Source: Candidatus Multivoradales bacterium (GTDB lineage: Bacteria; Acidobacteriota; Thermoanaerobaculia; Multivoradales; J023). From it: a DNA stretch of 64,000 bases. Shown here piece by piece: positions 1 to 10,060 of this stretch; the stretch's first letter is position 1, and each line of letters opens with the position of its first letter. The stretch covers positions 1,376,001 to 1,440,000 of the forward strand of contig CBDFLE010000005.1 of assembly GCA_965248925.1 (NCBI GenBank). The letters run 5' to 3'. A program made the translations under genes and the position numbers. The notes under the pieces are model-generated. The model did no database searches, was not told where the DNA came from, and saw nothing but the letters and a program-made list of their open reading frames with translations.

Positions 1-52
1 CGTGCGCCCCGACGAACGAACCTGAAAAATCTCGGTGGTTTCCCAAAACGCT

Positions 53-1954
53 CTAAAACGTCAAGCTCACACCCACCGCCCCCACCACTCCGGGACTGGT
101 GAAGCCGGGAATTTCCTCGTAGTCCTCGTCTAAAGCATTTTCTAGCCGCAGATAAGGTTCGGCGCGCTGACTCAGACGGTACCCCAGGGCCAGATCGAGC
201 CGGCTGTAGTCATCTATCTCCGAGCCATTGCTGTCGATCCGGTCGGCCACCGAACTAAGCACCGCGCTAAGCCGCCAGTGATCGCCCAGTCTGCCGTCGA
301 TCTGTAGCGTACCGCGGTGTTTGGGGCGACGCGGTAGAGGCGCGCCAGTGGCCTCATCCTCGGTGTCATTCCAGGTGTAGGAAAGATCGATACCCCAGCT
401 CGGCGCCGGCCGCAGGCCCAAGCCTAGTTCGATCCCATCAGAACTCGCCGAGGCCAGATTCTCAGGCCGGAAGGCCACCTGGTCAAAGACGATCAGATCG
501 TCGAAATCGAGTGAGAACCAAGTCAGATCGAGGGTTACCCGATCGCCGGCAAAGCGCTTCTCCAAGCCGATATCCCAACCACTGCTGGTCTCGGGCACCA
601 GATCGGGGTTGCTGAAAAACGGAAAGAAAAGATCGTTGAAGGTCGGCGCCTTGAAACCCGTGCCCCAGCTCAGGCGGAGCCGCGTGTCCCGCGCCGGCCA
701 GGCGGTCGTAGCGCTTAGCCGGTAGGTGGTCTCACCGCCAAACTCGGAGTGATCATCGTGACGAACGCCAGCGGTCAAATGCCCCTGCTGGCCAAGGGTG
801 AAGCGTCCTTCGACGAAGGCCGAATCGATATCGACTTGCTGATCGAAGTTGCCCACCGACACTCCGTCGCGGCGCTCGCTCTGCAGCCCCAGGCTGAAGG
901 CGCCATCGGCGTTGAACTCGAAATCGCTCTGCAAGGAAAAAGAACTCACCTCGCTATCGACCCGGAAGTTGCTGAAGAAATCCGCCGGATCAGAGCCGAT
1001 CAGCCGCTCATCGACCACCCCCAGGCTCAGCGAGTGAGTCCAGCGATTACTCGGCGACAGCTGCACCCGCAAGCGGGCCGACAGCGCTTCGCGGTCTTGC
1101 AGCCGGTCAAGGGCATCGACCGGCCCGACGCCAAAAGCAAAGCCGTCGGTCGCTACCTGACTAGCGAAGCGCCGCAAGGACAAGTCGGCACGCCCCTGAG
1201 CGGAAAAATCCAATCCTAGACGCGCCGATTGACTACTCGATTCCCAGGGATCGACTTCGCTATTGCCCCGCGACTCCTGCGCCGCCGACACCCCGTCGAC
1301 CTCGAGTTCCGAGGCCGACAGCCGGTAATCGAAGGGCCCCTGGCTGCCCGCCACGCCAGCACGCAGCCGCAGAAGGTCGTCCGACCCGGCCTCGCCAAGA
1401 GCATTCCAGGTGATCCCCGGCCCGCCCTTCTTAGTCACCAGCTGGATCACGCCGGTCATCGCTTCAGAGCCGTGAACCGTGCTCTGCGGCCCGCGCACCA
1501 CCTCCAGGCGCTCGATATCCAGGCTTTGCAAGTCGGCCAGATCATACGCGCCAGTGGTGGCGCTGTTGGCTCGTTGGCCATCGATCAAGACCAAGGTCTG
1601 CGACGAACTACCGCCGCGCAAGAAAGCACTGGTGACCTGGCCATAGCCGCCACTGCGAGCAATCTCGAGTCCCGGCACGGTGCGGAGCAAGTCGGCAACG
1701 CTGGGTTGGCGGCGAGCTTCGATCTGCTCGGCCGAGATGACCGTCACCGACGAACCGGCCTCGTCCCGCGGCCGCTCAGTGCGATCGGCGGTAACGATGA
1801 TCTGCTCTTCGATCACCGGCTGATCAATAGTCTCAGAAGCGGTTGATTCAGCTGCAAGGATGGTGGGCGACTGCAACCCTAGAAACAAAGCAAACAAGCT
1901 GCAGGCAAGCAAGAACAGCCGCTGATGCGGCATCGTGAGTGCCCCATGATTCAT
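53..1954 (-). CDS. btuB: TonB-dependent outer-membrane receptor, vitamin B12 (BtuB-like)
   Basis: Signal peptide; TonB-box-like EEQIIVTADR; plug motifs LRGGSSSQTLVLIDG and ERLEVVRGPQS; C-terminal Phe; cobalamin riboswitch directly upstream; SD AAGGAG before ATG. Confidence 0.88.
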   Translation of the reverse strand: MNHGALTMPHQRLFLLACSLFALFLGLQSPTILAAESTASETIDQPVIEEQIIVTADRTERPRDEAGSSVTVISAEQIEARRQPSVADLLRTVPGLEIARSGGYGQVTSAFLRGGSSSQTLVLIDGQRANSATTGAYDLADLQSLDIERLEVVRGPQSTVHGSEAMTGVIQLVTKKGGPGITWNALGEAGSDDLLRLRAGVAGSQGPFDYRLSASELEVDGVSAAQESRGNSEVDPWESSSQSARLGLDFSAQGRADLSLRRFASQVATDGFAFGVGPVDALDRLQDREALSARLRVQLSPSNRWTHSLSLGVVDERLIGSDPADFFSNFRVDSEVSSFSLQSDFEFNADGAFSLGLQSERRDGVSVGNFDQQVDIDSAFVEGRFTLGQQGHLTAGVRHDDHSEFGGETTYRLSATTAWPARDTRLRLSWGTGFKAPTFNDLFFPFFSNPDLVPETSSGWDIGLEKRFAGDRVTLDLTWFSLDFDDLIVFDQVAFRPENLASASSDGIELGLGLRPAPSWGIDLSYTWNDTEDEATGAPLPRRPKHRGTLQIDGRLGDHWRLSAVLSSVADRIDSNGSEIDDYSRLDLALGYRLSQRAEPYLRLENALDEDYEEIPGFTSPGVVGAVGVSLTF

Positions 1955-2030
1955 GGGAGGCTCCTTTCCCCCTCGGGAAATCAGGCTCTCGGCTGGAGAT
2001 CAATGGCTGAACCCGGCCAAGGCCTGAGGC

Positions 2031-2158
2031 GTCCGGGGGAGGTATCTGGCTCGCGCCACTCGCAAGTAGCGCTTACAGTCGCGGGGCGGCGGGAGATTCT
2101 CACTCCACTTCCCTACATCCCGGGGCGGCCTCTGGTTGTTGTCATACAACCACCGGAC
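2031..2158 (-). ncRNA. Cobalamin riboswitch (compact form)
   Basis: Minus strand reads GTCCGG..AGGGAAGTGGAGTGAGAATCTCCCGCCGCCCCGCGACTGTAAGCG..GAGCCAGATACCTCCCCCGGAC: GGGAA, T-loop, GCCCC-ACTGTAA and a B12-box; hairpin TTTCCC-GAGG-GGGAAA (1965-1980) abuts the btuB SD. Confidence 0.9.
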
Positions 2159-2215
2159 GAACGTCCAGTGGTTGCTTCAATGGCAAGCTATCACAGGCAA
2201 GATGAAGAAACTCTG

Positions 2216-4924
2216 TTACGGCGGCAAGCAAACATCCACCGCTGGCGGGAAGCCAAAATCGGCGCCCCGGTTGTCGACGCAGATCAGGCCGATGGCGCAT
2301 TCAGCGTCGTTGTCGCAATCGCCTTCTCCTTCGCCGCAAGGGCCGCATTCGGTGCAGTAACGGCCATTGCCCAGGGGTCGGCCGCAGGTGGTGCCACCGC
2401 CATCCGGCGGCAGACAAACATCCACCGCCGGTGGGAAGCCAAAATCGGCGCCGCGGTTGTCGATGCAACTCAAGCCCGCCGCGCACTCGCTATTCCGATC
2501 GCAGTCGCCCTGTCCCATGCCGCAGGGGCCGCATTCGGTACAGAAGCGGCCGTGACCCGGATGGAGCGGACAGGAGGAATCGCCACCACTGGGCAAGCAC
2601 ACATCGACCGCCGGGGCGAAACCGAAGTCGGCACCGCGATTGTCGAAGCAAGCCAAGCCGACGGCGCATTCGGCATCGTTGTCGCAATCACCTTCGCCGG
2701 CAACACAAGGGCCGCACAGAGCGCAGAACGGCCCGCTGCCGAGATTCGCCGGGCACCCTCCACCATCCGGCGGTTGACCGCCACCAGGCAAGGAGGTGGA
2801 CCACACTCCGCGGCCCAGGGTCGAGACCAGCAAGCGGTCGTGGACCGTGTCGACCAGCAGATCCTGCACTGGAGCGGTCGGCAAGCCGGTGCCATAGGGC
2901 TGCCAGCTAACGCCATCATCGCTAGAGGCGAATACCCCCCGATCGCCACCAGCTAGCAGCACCCGGCCACCACTGGCCCGATGCACCGCCACCGTGGTGA
3001 AGGGAGCGTCGGGCAGCCCGCCGCCGACCGTCCGCCAGCTGACGCCACCGTTATTGGTGGCCAGGATGCGCTCGCCACCGAAACGTGCCACCGCTACCCA
3101 GGCGGCGTCGGCGTCCTGGGGATCCACCGCGATTTGGCGCATCACCCGCGGCCAGCCAAAGACCCCTTCGCGACGCAGGGTCCAGGTCGTACCCCGGTCA
3201 TTGCTGACCATCAGCCGGTCGTCGTTGGTCACCGCATAGACCCGCGTGTTATCCCCCGGCGCGATCTGCAAAGCACGCACGGCAAACGGCGCACCACTGG
3301 TGAGATCGCCGCTGATCGCGCTCCAGGTCAAGCCGCGGTCGGTGGACTCGTAGATCCGGTGGGTGGCGTAGAGCATGCGCTCGGGATCGGCCGGGTCGAT
3401 GACGAAAGGCGGCAAGAAACAGCTGCGATCGTTACCACTGATGCCGTTGCTGCTCTGGTTGACGCTAGCGTTGGCAAGATTTAGCCGCCACAGATTGGCG
3501 GCGCCTTGGAACTCCACGAACCACAGATCAGGGTCGCTAGGATGGATCAAAGTGTAGCCACCGTCACCACCAAAGACCGCATCCCACTGCCGCCCAACAC
3601 CACTGCGCACCAACGTGCCGTTATCCTGCAAGCCGGCCAACATCACTTGCGGGTCAGTGGGGTGAACCGATAGCCCAGCGTAGATCTGCGACGTACCGAG
3701 GTTGCTGTTCAAACTCGACCAGTTGGCGCCGAGATCGCTCGAACGGAAGATCCCGCCATCGGTGGCCACCATCAGCCGTCCCTGCAAATCGAAGTCGATA
3801 TCGTGCAGGTCGACGTGCGGCGGAGTGATGGTCTGCCAAGTGCGACCACGGTCGCGACTGATCAGCATCTGCACCCCGCCCACCAGCACCGTGTCGGGAT
3901 CGGTGGGATGCACCGCGATGGCGGCGTTGTAACCTCCTTGCTGCCCCATGAAGTTGTCGGGCACGAACCGTCGCCAGGTGTTACCCCCGTCATCAGAGCG
4001 GTAAACCCCGAAGCTCGAGGCTCCTCCGGGCAAGAAACCACCGAGAAAAACGCGATCTGTCGGCTGCACCATAAGGGCGTAGATACGGCGCGGTAGAGAT
4101 GGCGAGATCGCCAGGGTGATCCGGCCGACGCGGGCCCCGTTGAGTTCCGGAAGCAGCCTGCTGAAGCTGGCGCCTCCGTCAGTGCTGCGATAGACGCCGT
4201 TCCGAGAATCGCCAAACACCTCACCGAAACTGACGAAGATCCGCCCCGGATTCGCCGGATCGAGGTCGACATCGCTGGCCGGCAGGGCCGGTAGCCCATT
4301 GCGAATCCGCTGCCAGCTACGGCCAGCGTTGGTCGAGCGGAACAGGCCCGTCTGGCCACCCCTGCCAGGATGCAGCCGTGCGCCTTCGGTACCTTCTGAA
4401 GTGCCACCGGCGGTGTTCACCGCCGCCCACAGCAAATTGCCATTGGCGGGTGAGATCGCCAGCTCAGAAAATGTCCGGCCGGCAAAGGTATCGGCCGCCA
4501 GAACTTGCCAATTGCGGCCGCCGTTGGCGCTCTTGTAGAGACCCAAACCGTAGAGGCTGTGGTAGGCGTGGTTGGCCTCGCCAGAGCCGGCATAAATGAG
4601 GTCTTCGTTCTGTGGATCCAAGGCCAAAGCGCCAATCGCCGGTATCGGCAAGCCATCGCCCAAGGGGCGCCAAGTACCACCGTCATTCCGCGACACCCAC
4701 ACGCCACCGGAAGCAGCGCCAGCGAAGATCAAACCCTCGTCCCGCCGACTCAAAGCCAGTGAGCTGAAGCGACCAGCATTCAAGGTGCTATTGACCAACG
4801 GCGAAGGTCCAAGTTCGCGCCATTGCTGGGCCGCGATCGGAGCGGCTAACAAGCTGGTGAGAACTAGCACCACTGTTGAAGCCAAACTACCTAGAACCGC
4901 TGTTCGCCGGTTTGAGTACCCCAT
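2216..4924 (-). CDS. Secreted BNR/Asp-box (Vps10/sortilin- or GH74-like) beta-propeller protein with three C-terminal Cys-rich repeats
   Basis: Signal peptide ending AAQQW; many SxDxGxTW Asp-boxes; GGDGG motif; three ~61-aa 8-Cys repeats at the C-terminus. Confidence 0.8.
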   Translation of the reverse strand: MGYSNRRTAVLGSLASTVVLVLTSLLAAPIAAQQWRELGPSPLVNSTLNAGRFSSLALSRRDEGLIFAGAASGGVWVSRNDGGTWRPLGDGLPIPAIGALALDPQNEDLIYAGSGEANHAYHSLYGLGLYKSANGGRNWQVLAADTFAGRTFSELAISPANGNLLWAAVNTAGGTSEGTEGARLHPGRGGQTGLFRSTNAGRSWQRIRNGLPALPASDVDLDPANPGRIFVSFGEVFGDSRNGVYRSTDGGASFSRLLPELNGARVGRITLAISPSLPRRIYALMVQPTDRVFLGGFLPGGASSFGVYRSDDGGNTWRRFVPDNFMGQQGGYNAAIAVHPTDPDTVLVGGVQMLISRDRGRTWQTITPPHVDLHDIDFDLQGRLMVATDGGIFRSSDLGANWSSLNSNLGTSQIYAGLSVHPTDPQVMLAGLQDNGTLVRSGVGRQWDAVFGGDGGYTLIHPSDPDLWFVEFQGAANLWRLNLANASVNQSSNGISGNDRSCFLPPFVIDPADPERMLYATHRIYESTDRGLTWSAISGDLTSGAPFAVRALQIAPGDNTRVYAVTNDDRLMVSNDRGTTWTLRREGVFGWPRVMRQIAVDPQDADAAWVAVARFGGERILATNNGGVSWRTVGGGLPDAPFTTVAVHRASGGRVLLAGGDRGVFASSDDGVSWQPYGTGLPTAPVQDLLVDTVHDRLLVSTLGRGVWSTSLPGGGQPPDGGGCPANLGSGPFCALCGPCVAGEGDCDNDAECAVGLACFDNRGADFGFAPAVDVCLPSGGDSSCPLHPGHGRFCTECGPCGMGQGDCDRNSECAAGLSCIDNRGADFGFPPAVDVCLPPDGGGTTCGRPLGNGRYCTECGPCGEGEGDCDNDAECAIGLICVDNRGADFGFPPAVDVCLPP
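2219..2755 (-). repeat. Three tandem ~183-186 bp coding repeats (CxxCGPCxxGxGDCDxxxECxxGLxCxDNRGADFGFxPAVDVCLP)
   Basis: Directly visible in the translation and at DNA level (e.g. AAGCCAAAATCGGCGCC.CGGTTGTCGA recurs). Confidence 0.95.
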
Positions 4925-4926
4925 GG

Positions 4927-5679
4927 TTACCTCCCCTCCCCACTCAACCGCTGCCAGGCCGCGTCGTCCAGGACTTCGAACACCAACTCGGCCACCGACG
5001 GCTCAGCCACCGCCGAGTTCAGATGCTCAAAGCGCAAAGTCCAACGCCCAGGTCGATCGAGAGCCAGCGCGGCAATACCTACCGAGTCGGTGGTGGCCAA
5101 GTGCTTCGAACCGTCCTCGCTCTGCGCCACCAACCTGGCACCGCTCACCGAAGAGCCCTGGAAGTAGGCTCGCACCGGCAAATCAGAGCCCACCCGCAGC
5201 AGCGCCGGATTGAACAGCGGCCGCAGCTCGATCCGGCTGCCGACCTTGCTGGTCAAGACCGCCGCCGCCTGGCGCCGGGCGGCCAGAACATCGACGGCGG
5301 ATTTACCGAAACGGCAGCTAACAATCTTGATCGAACGACTCGGCCGCGCCGGGCTGGCCGGAATCGCGGCTGGCACCAGGTCAGCCAGCACCAAGACACA
5401 CCCTTGTTCTTCGAGTTGAAAATCGATCGGCTGCCCCTGGCGCAGTTTCTTGCCCGGCAGCGAGCGTTGACCGCCGAGCGAACGCACCACCAACCAGTCC
5501 ACCCGCGCTTGCTGCCAAGCCGGACTCAGCTGATCGCTCAGAACCAGCCTGCGAGCTGCCTCACTCGCTCCCTTGGGCGCCACCAACTCGACGGTGGAGG
5601 CTAGCGGGTTCCCAGCCAGGGAACTTGCCGGCGAGAGAAGCAATAGTAAACAGAATACGGTGGACAGCGATACGCGCAT
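4927..5679 (-). CDS. Exported protein, DUF4198-like
   Basis: Signal peptide; C-terminal ELRPLFNP..VGSDLPVR..TTDSVGIA..PGRWTL pattern typical of DUF4198; stop 2 bp before the propeller gene. Confidence 0.6.
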   Translation of the reverse strand: MRVSLSTVFCLLLLLSPASSLAGNPLASTVELVAPKGASEAARRLVLSDQLSPAWQQARVDWLVVRSLGGQRSLPGKKLRQGQPIDFQLEEQGCVLVLADLVPAAIPASPARPSRSIKIVSCRFGKSAVDVLAARRQAAAVLTSKVGSRIELRPLFNPALLRVGSDLPVRAYFQGSSVSGARLVAQSEDGSKHLATTDSVGIAALALDRPGRWTLRFEHLNSAVAEPSVAELVFEVLDDAAWQRLSGEGR

Positions 5680-5720
5680 AATGAGGCCTCGTCAACGAAT
5701 TCAACCCATGATTGGCCACC

Positions 5721-5743
5721 AAAAGGGTAGCGAAACCCACCCT
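5721..5743 (-). terminator. Probable intrinsic terminator after hflX
   Basis: Minus strand AGGGTGG-GTTTCG-CTACCCT-TTT. Confidence 0.45.
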
Positions 5744-5853
5744 GCACTGCCAGCGCTCAGGGCCGAAAGAGAGCCAGCGGGGGACGACCAGTCAGCGCCC
5801 AGGTGTCGCACGCCTCAGCAGGACCCTGCCGTTGGATCCAGAGACCGCCGCCA

Positions 5854-7533
5854 CTAGCCGGCGACCTCCGCCGGGGCCTTGCCGCCATAGTCCTTGAGCA
5901 GCGGCTGGCGGCGCCCGAGGGCATCTTCGGCGGCGGCGATCAGCTGACGCAAGCCCTGCCGCCGGGTGGCACTGATGGCCACCCCCTCCCAGGTCTGAGC
6001 CAACGCCGCGGCCTTGTCTTCGCCCAGCAAGTCGGCTTTGTTGAGCACCAGGAGGCGGGGAATATGGTCCAGCTCGAGTTCTTGCAGCAACTTCTCCACC
6101 GCTCGCTTCTTGCTCGCCATATCTTCGTCGGCGGCGTCGACCATATGCAGTAGCAGATCTGCGTCGGCTAGCTCTTCGAGGGTGGCGCGGAAGGCGTTGA
6201 CCAGATCCTTGGGTAGGTCGCTGATGAAGCCCACTGTGTCGGTCAGGATCACATCCCCCTCGCGGGGGAAGCGTAGCCGGCGGCTGGTCGGATCGAGGGT
6301 CATGAAAAGCTGATCGGCAACCGCGATCTTGCTCTGGGTCAAGGCGTTCAGCAGCGTGCTCTTGCCGGCATTCGTGTAGCCGACGATCGACAGCACCGGC
6401 AGAGCTTCCTCGCGCCGCCGACGACGGCGAATATCGCGCTGCTTGGAGAGCTGCTCGATCAGCTGCTCGAGCTTGCGTATGCGGTCACGGATGCGCCGGC
6501 GGCCGATCTCCATCACCGTCTCACCCGGCCCGCGACCACCGATGCCACCGGTCAACCGCGACAGCCCAGCGTCTTTGTCGGTGAGCCGTGGCAGCGAGTA
6601 TTTGAGCTGCGCCAACTCTACCTGCACCTTGCCGTCGCGACTCTTGGCTCGTTGCGCGAAGATGTCGAGGATCAGCTGGGTCCGATCGATCACCTTCAAG
6701 CCGGTGGCATCCTCAAAGGCGCGGGATTGGGCTGGCTTGAGATCGATGTCGAAGATCGCTACCTCGGCCTGCCGGCGCATGCTTTCGAACACGATGTCCT
6801 GAATCTTGCCGCGGCCAACGATGGTCTTGGGATGCACTTTGAACCGCTTCTGCCGCACCGTGCCAGCGATCTCCACCCCGGCCGAACGCACCAGCTCGAG
6901 CATCTCCTCGAAGTGCGCATCCTCCGGCGTCACCGCGATAACCAGGGCGCGCTCGCGATCGGTCTTGCCGGCGGCACCGCGAGTAATCCGGCCCAGCTCG
7001 CTTTCGAGGGCTTCGATCTCCAAGCGAAAATCGAGGTCCAGATGATGAATGTCGCGGGCAGCGACCCGGCGAAAGGGCTCCTTCGCGGCATCCTCGTCGG
7101 CCAGATTTCCCGGCTCGATCAGCGCCACCTCGACGCGGCCGGGGCGCCCCCCTGGCTGCACCTGCAGCATCGCCACCAAGTCCAGGCGTAGAAGAACCAG
7201 ATCGTTGAGGTCGTCGTCGGTGAGATCCTCGCCGCGCAGGTGGGTGTGTACCAGACGCAAGCCACGGAAACGACCTACCCCACCGCGCAAGCGACCGATG
7301 TCGGGCAACTCCAAGCGAGTGGCGTCACCGACAATCACGTTGCGCACCGTGCCATCGCGCCCCAGCAGCACTCCGACCTGACGGCCGAGTCGGGCCGAGA
7401 TCTCGCACAAATGCCGGCACAGTTCCGCTGAAGCCACCTCGTCCGGCGCCACCCGGCGCCTGAAGGTGCGCTCCAATGCACGCCGGTCAGAAGTCTTGAT
7501 ACCGCGGAGATTGCCGTCTAGATGATGGGAAAT
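5854..7533 (-). CDS. hflX: GTPase HflX, long form; proposed ATT start at 7533 (ORF track uses TTG at 7476)
   Basis: [24 protein letters not shown]1 [18 protein letters not shown]; frame open upstream ([13 protein letters not shown]..) with GAGGAG 8 nt before ATT and an in-frame TGA just upstream. Confidence 0.93.
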   Translation of the reverse strand: MSHHLDGNLRGIKTSDRRALERTFRRRVAPDEVASAELCRHLCEISARLGRQVGVLLGRDGTVRNVIVGDATRLELPDIGRLRGGVGRFRGLRLVHTHLRGEDLTDDDLNDLVLLRLDLVAMLQVQPGGRPGRVEVALIEPGNLADEDAAKEPFRRVAARDIHHLDLDFRLEIEALESELGRITRGAAGKTDRERALVIAVTPEDAHFEEMLELVRSAGVEIAGTVRQKRFKVHPKTIVGRGKIQDIVFESMRRQAEVAIFDIDLKPAQSRAFEDATGLKVIDRTQLILDIFAQRAKSRDGKVQVELAQLKYSLPRLTDKDAGLSRLTGGIGGRGPGETVMEIGRRRIRDRIRKLEQLIEQLSKQRDIRRRRRREEALPVLSIVGYTNAGKSTLLNALTQSKIAVADQLFMTLDPTSRRLRFPREGDVILTDTVGFISDLPKDLVNAFRATLEELADADLLLHMVDAADEDMASKKRAVEKLLQELELDHIPRLLVLNKADLLGEDKAAALAQTWEGVAISATRRQGLRQLIAAAEDALGRRQPLLKDYGGKAPAEVAG

Positions 7534-7952
7534 GGGACTAACTCCTCAAAACATTGCGTAAACCTCGGACGAGCCACTATTCTGCCACGTTTCCTGGCCA
7601 CCTTCGCCCTCTCCATCGCCCAGTATCGCTCCGTCTCATCCTGTCGCAGTGATCGCCGCCAGGGTGAACCTCTCTGCCCAAGATATGGTCTCGTGATTCT
7701 TCTTGTCCCAAACGCCCTTGGACACACTGTCAAGACCCCAAAGACCTTTGAAAGGCAGCTGCCAACGATTTTGGGCTTTTGGAATTGAGGAAAAAAGCAA
7801 GACCATGCCTTAGCCAACTCACAGCTATGTAGTGGACTCAGCCGCATCGAATCTGCGAGAGTATTCGGGTGATCGACCCGCCAAAATAACCCAGGACAAT
7901 CCTCACGTCCGGTCGAGACCGGGCCAAGTAACTCGGTGAGAAGTACCCCATA

Positions 7953-8618
7953 ATGTGCGGACGCTACACCTTAAGCGACCCCGGCGATCTACTCGAGGAA
8001 CTCGGCATCGAGCCTGGCGAGGAACTGCGACCGCGGTTCAATATTGCTCCCACCCAACTAGCGCCGGTGGCTCGTCAGACGGCGGCCGGTGGGCACCAGC
8101 TGGACCATTTGCGCTGGGGCTTGGTGCCGTTCTGGGCCAAGGACCTGTCGATTGGTAGCCGGATGATCAACGCCCGCGCCGAAACCGTGGCCGAGAAGCC
8201 CTCGTTCCGCAACGCCCTGCGCCAGCGCCGGTGCCTGGTGCTCAGCGATGGCTTCTATGAGTGGCGAAAACTTGCCGACGGCAAGCAGCCGCACCACATC
8301 CGCCTCATCTCGGGGCGGCCATTTGTTTTCGCTGGCTTGTGGGAACGCTGGGACAAGGGGGAGCAGCCGATCGAGACTTTCACCATCATCACCACCGAGG
8401 CCAGCGACGACGTTCGTCAGCTGCACCACCGCATGCCGGTGATTCTGGACGGCGAAACTCGCGACCTGTGGCTCGATCCACGGGTCGAAGACAAAGAGCT
8501 GCTGACTTCGCTGCTACTGCCCTACCCAGCCGGCTCGATCGAACATCGACCGGTCAGCCGGGTGGTCAACAGCCCGCGCAACGATTCGCCAGCTTGCCTG
8601 GCGCCGATCGAGAGTTGA
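7953..8618 (+). CDS. SOS response-associated peptidase (SRAP/YedK/HMCES), abasic-site protection
   Basis: N-terminal MCGRY; RFNIAPTQ, WGLVPFW, INARAET, GFYEW, HHRMPVIL. Confidence 0.95.
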   Translation: MCGRYTLSDPGDLLEELGIEPGEELRPRFNIAPTQLAPVARQTAAGGHQLDHLRWGLVPFWAKDLSIGSRMINARAETVAEKPSFRNALRQRRCLVLSDGFYEWRKLADGKQPHHIRLISGRPFVFAGLWERWDKGEQPIETFTIITTEASDDVRQLHHRMPVILDGETRDLWLDPRVEDKELLTSLLLPYPAGSIEHRPVSRVVNSPRNDSPACLAPIES

Positions 8619-8620
8619 AC

Positions 8621-10060
8621 TCAGTCAGAGGATCGGCGAGGTTTCACTTCAGCACTCTCCGGATGCTCCATCACCACGGTCGTCGCCATCTCGCGACCGC
8701 TGCCGATGAGCGTCTCGCCAGAGGCTTCCCCAACGACCTGCTGCGGCAGGTCAACCTCGTTCGCCGGACCGTCTGAAAATAGGGATAGCGCCTGCGCCAC
8801 CTCACGGGCCGAGGGCCGTTCTTCCTGCTGTTTGGCCAGCATTTTCAAGATCAGTGAGTCGATTTCCGCTGGGATAGTTGAAAAAACTGACCGGGGCGGT
8901 TTGGGGTCGTCGTGCAGGTGCTGGGCGATGGTCGAGGAAATCGCGTCTTGCCCCGAGGCGGGGAATGGCAACACTCCGACCAGCATCTCGTAAAGCATCA
9001 CTCCTAGGCTGTAGACATCGGCCCGACCATCGTAGGTCTGTCCCTGGAAACGCTCCGGCGCCATGTAGGACGGTGTTCCCACCGCGCAATTCTCGAGCGT
9101 CAGCTTCTCCGCCACTACCGCCTCGCCGACCAGCTTGACGATACCGAAATCGAGCACTTTTACCGATTCACCCCGCGGCGAACGGTGCAAGAACACATTC
9201 TGCGGCTTGATGTCGCGGTGGATGATGCCAATCCCGTGGGCGGCATCGAGGACCTCGCAGACCGGCAAAGCCACTTCGATCAGGCGCTGCAACCCTAGCT
9301 GCCTGCTCTCGAACAGCGCGTCCTCCAGGGTTTGGCCTTCGAGCAACTCCATGACCAAGAAAGCGACACCATCGGAGGTCAAGCTGTAATCCAACACCGA
9401 GACCGCGTTGGGATGCTCCAAGCGCGACAACGCCACCGCTTCGCGCTCGAAGCGCGCCATGGCGCCAGCTTGCGAAGTCATGCCGCTGAGTAGCAGCTTG
9501 ACCGCCACCGGACGCTGCAATTTTAGGTGGGTACCGCGGTAGACCGAGCCATAGTTACCCTGGCCAATCAGCGAGTCGAGGCGATACTTGCCATCGAGCA
9601 CGCTACCCTCCGCCGGCCCCGCATGCCGTGGCCGGCCACTGCTAGCCGGCGTGCGAGCACGCAGCTGCGCCCTTACCCGAGCCAGCACGACGGGAAAGTC
9701 GAGCGGTTTGGTGACGTAGTCGTTGGCACCATGATCGAAGGCTTCGACCATGTCGTCACTGCCATCCTTGGCGGTGACCATGATCACTGGCAAACTCTGG
9801 GGAGGGTGGTGTTGGCGCAGTGTCTGCAACACCTCGATACCGCTCATGCCTGGCATCATGACGTCGAGCAACACCAGATCGACCGGGTCTTGGTCGACCG
9901 CCAGGATCGCCTCGAGACCACCAGCGGCCTGGATCACCAGGTACCCCTCGTCCTCAAGATACATCGACAGCGCGACCCGGTTGAACTCCGAATCGTCGAC
10001 CAGCAGAATTGTAAAGCGTTCTCGGCGCATCGCTACTCTAATCTTCGATCCGTCAACCAA
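8621..10060 (-). CDS. Receiver domain fused to a Hanks-type Ser/Thr protein kinase (alternative ATG at 10030)
   Basis: REC: LLVDD, LLDVMMP, VTAK, DYVTKP; kinase: GQGNYG, VAVK, HRDIKPQN, DFG, GTPSYMAPE, DVYSLG. Confidence 0.92.
   Translation of the reverse strand: MVDGSKIRVAMRRERFTILLVDDSEFNRVALSMYLEDEGYLVIQAAGGLEAILAVDQDPVDLVLLDVMMPGMSGIEVLQTLRQHHPPQSLPVIMVTAKDGSDDMVEAFDHGANDYVTKPLDFPVVLARVRAQLRARTPASSGRPRHAGPAEGSVLDGKYRLDSLIGQGNYGSVYRGTHLKLQRPVAVKLLLSGMTSQAGAMARFEREAVALSRLEHPNAVSVLDYSLTSDGVAFLVMELLEGQTLEDALFESRQLGLQRLIEVALPVCEVLDAAHGIGIIHRDIKPQNVFLHRSPRGESVKVLDFGIVKLVGEAVVAEKLTLENCAVGTPSYMAPERFQGQTYDGRADVYSLGVMLYEMLVGVLPFPASGQDAISSTIAQHLHDDPKPPRSVFSTIPAEIDSLILKMLAKQQEERPSAREVAQALSLFSDGPANEVDLPQQVVGEASGETLIGSGREMATTVVMEHPESAEVKPRRSSD

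Noticed and set aside
1925-2956. Long antisense or alternative-frame ORFs (e.g. 1925-2956+, 38060-39112-, 45111-46010-, 60683-61822-, 62119-63168+)
   Set aside because: Shadow ORFs expected in GC-rich DNA; they overlap well-supported genes
7551-7952. LexA box or small RNA in the hflX-SRAP intergenic region
   Set aside because: No recognisable SOS-box pattern; a few GGA motifs and AT-rich patches are insufficient evidence
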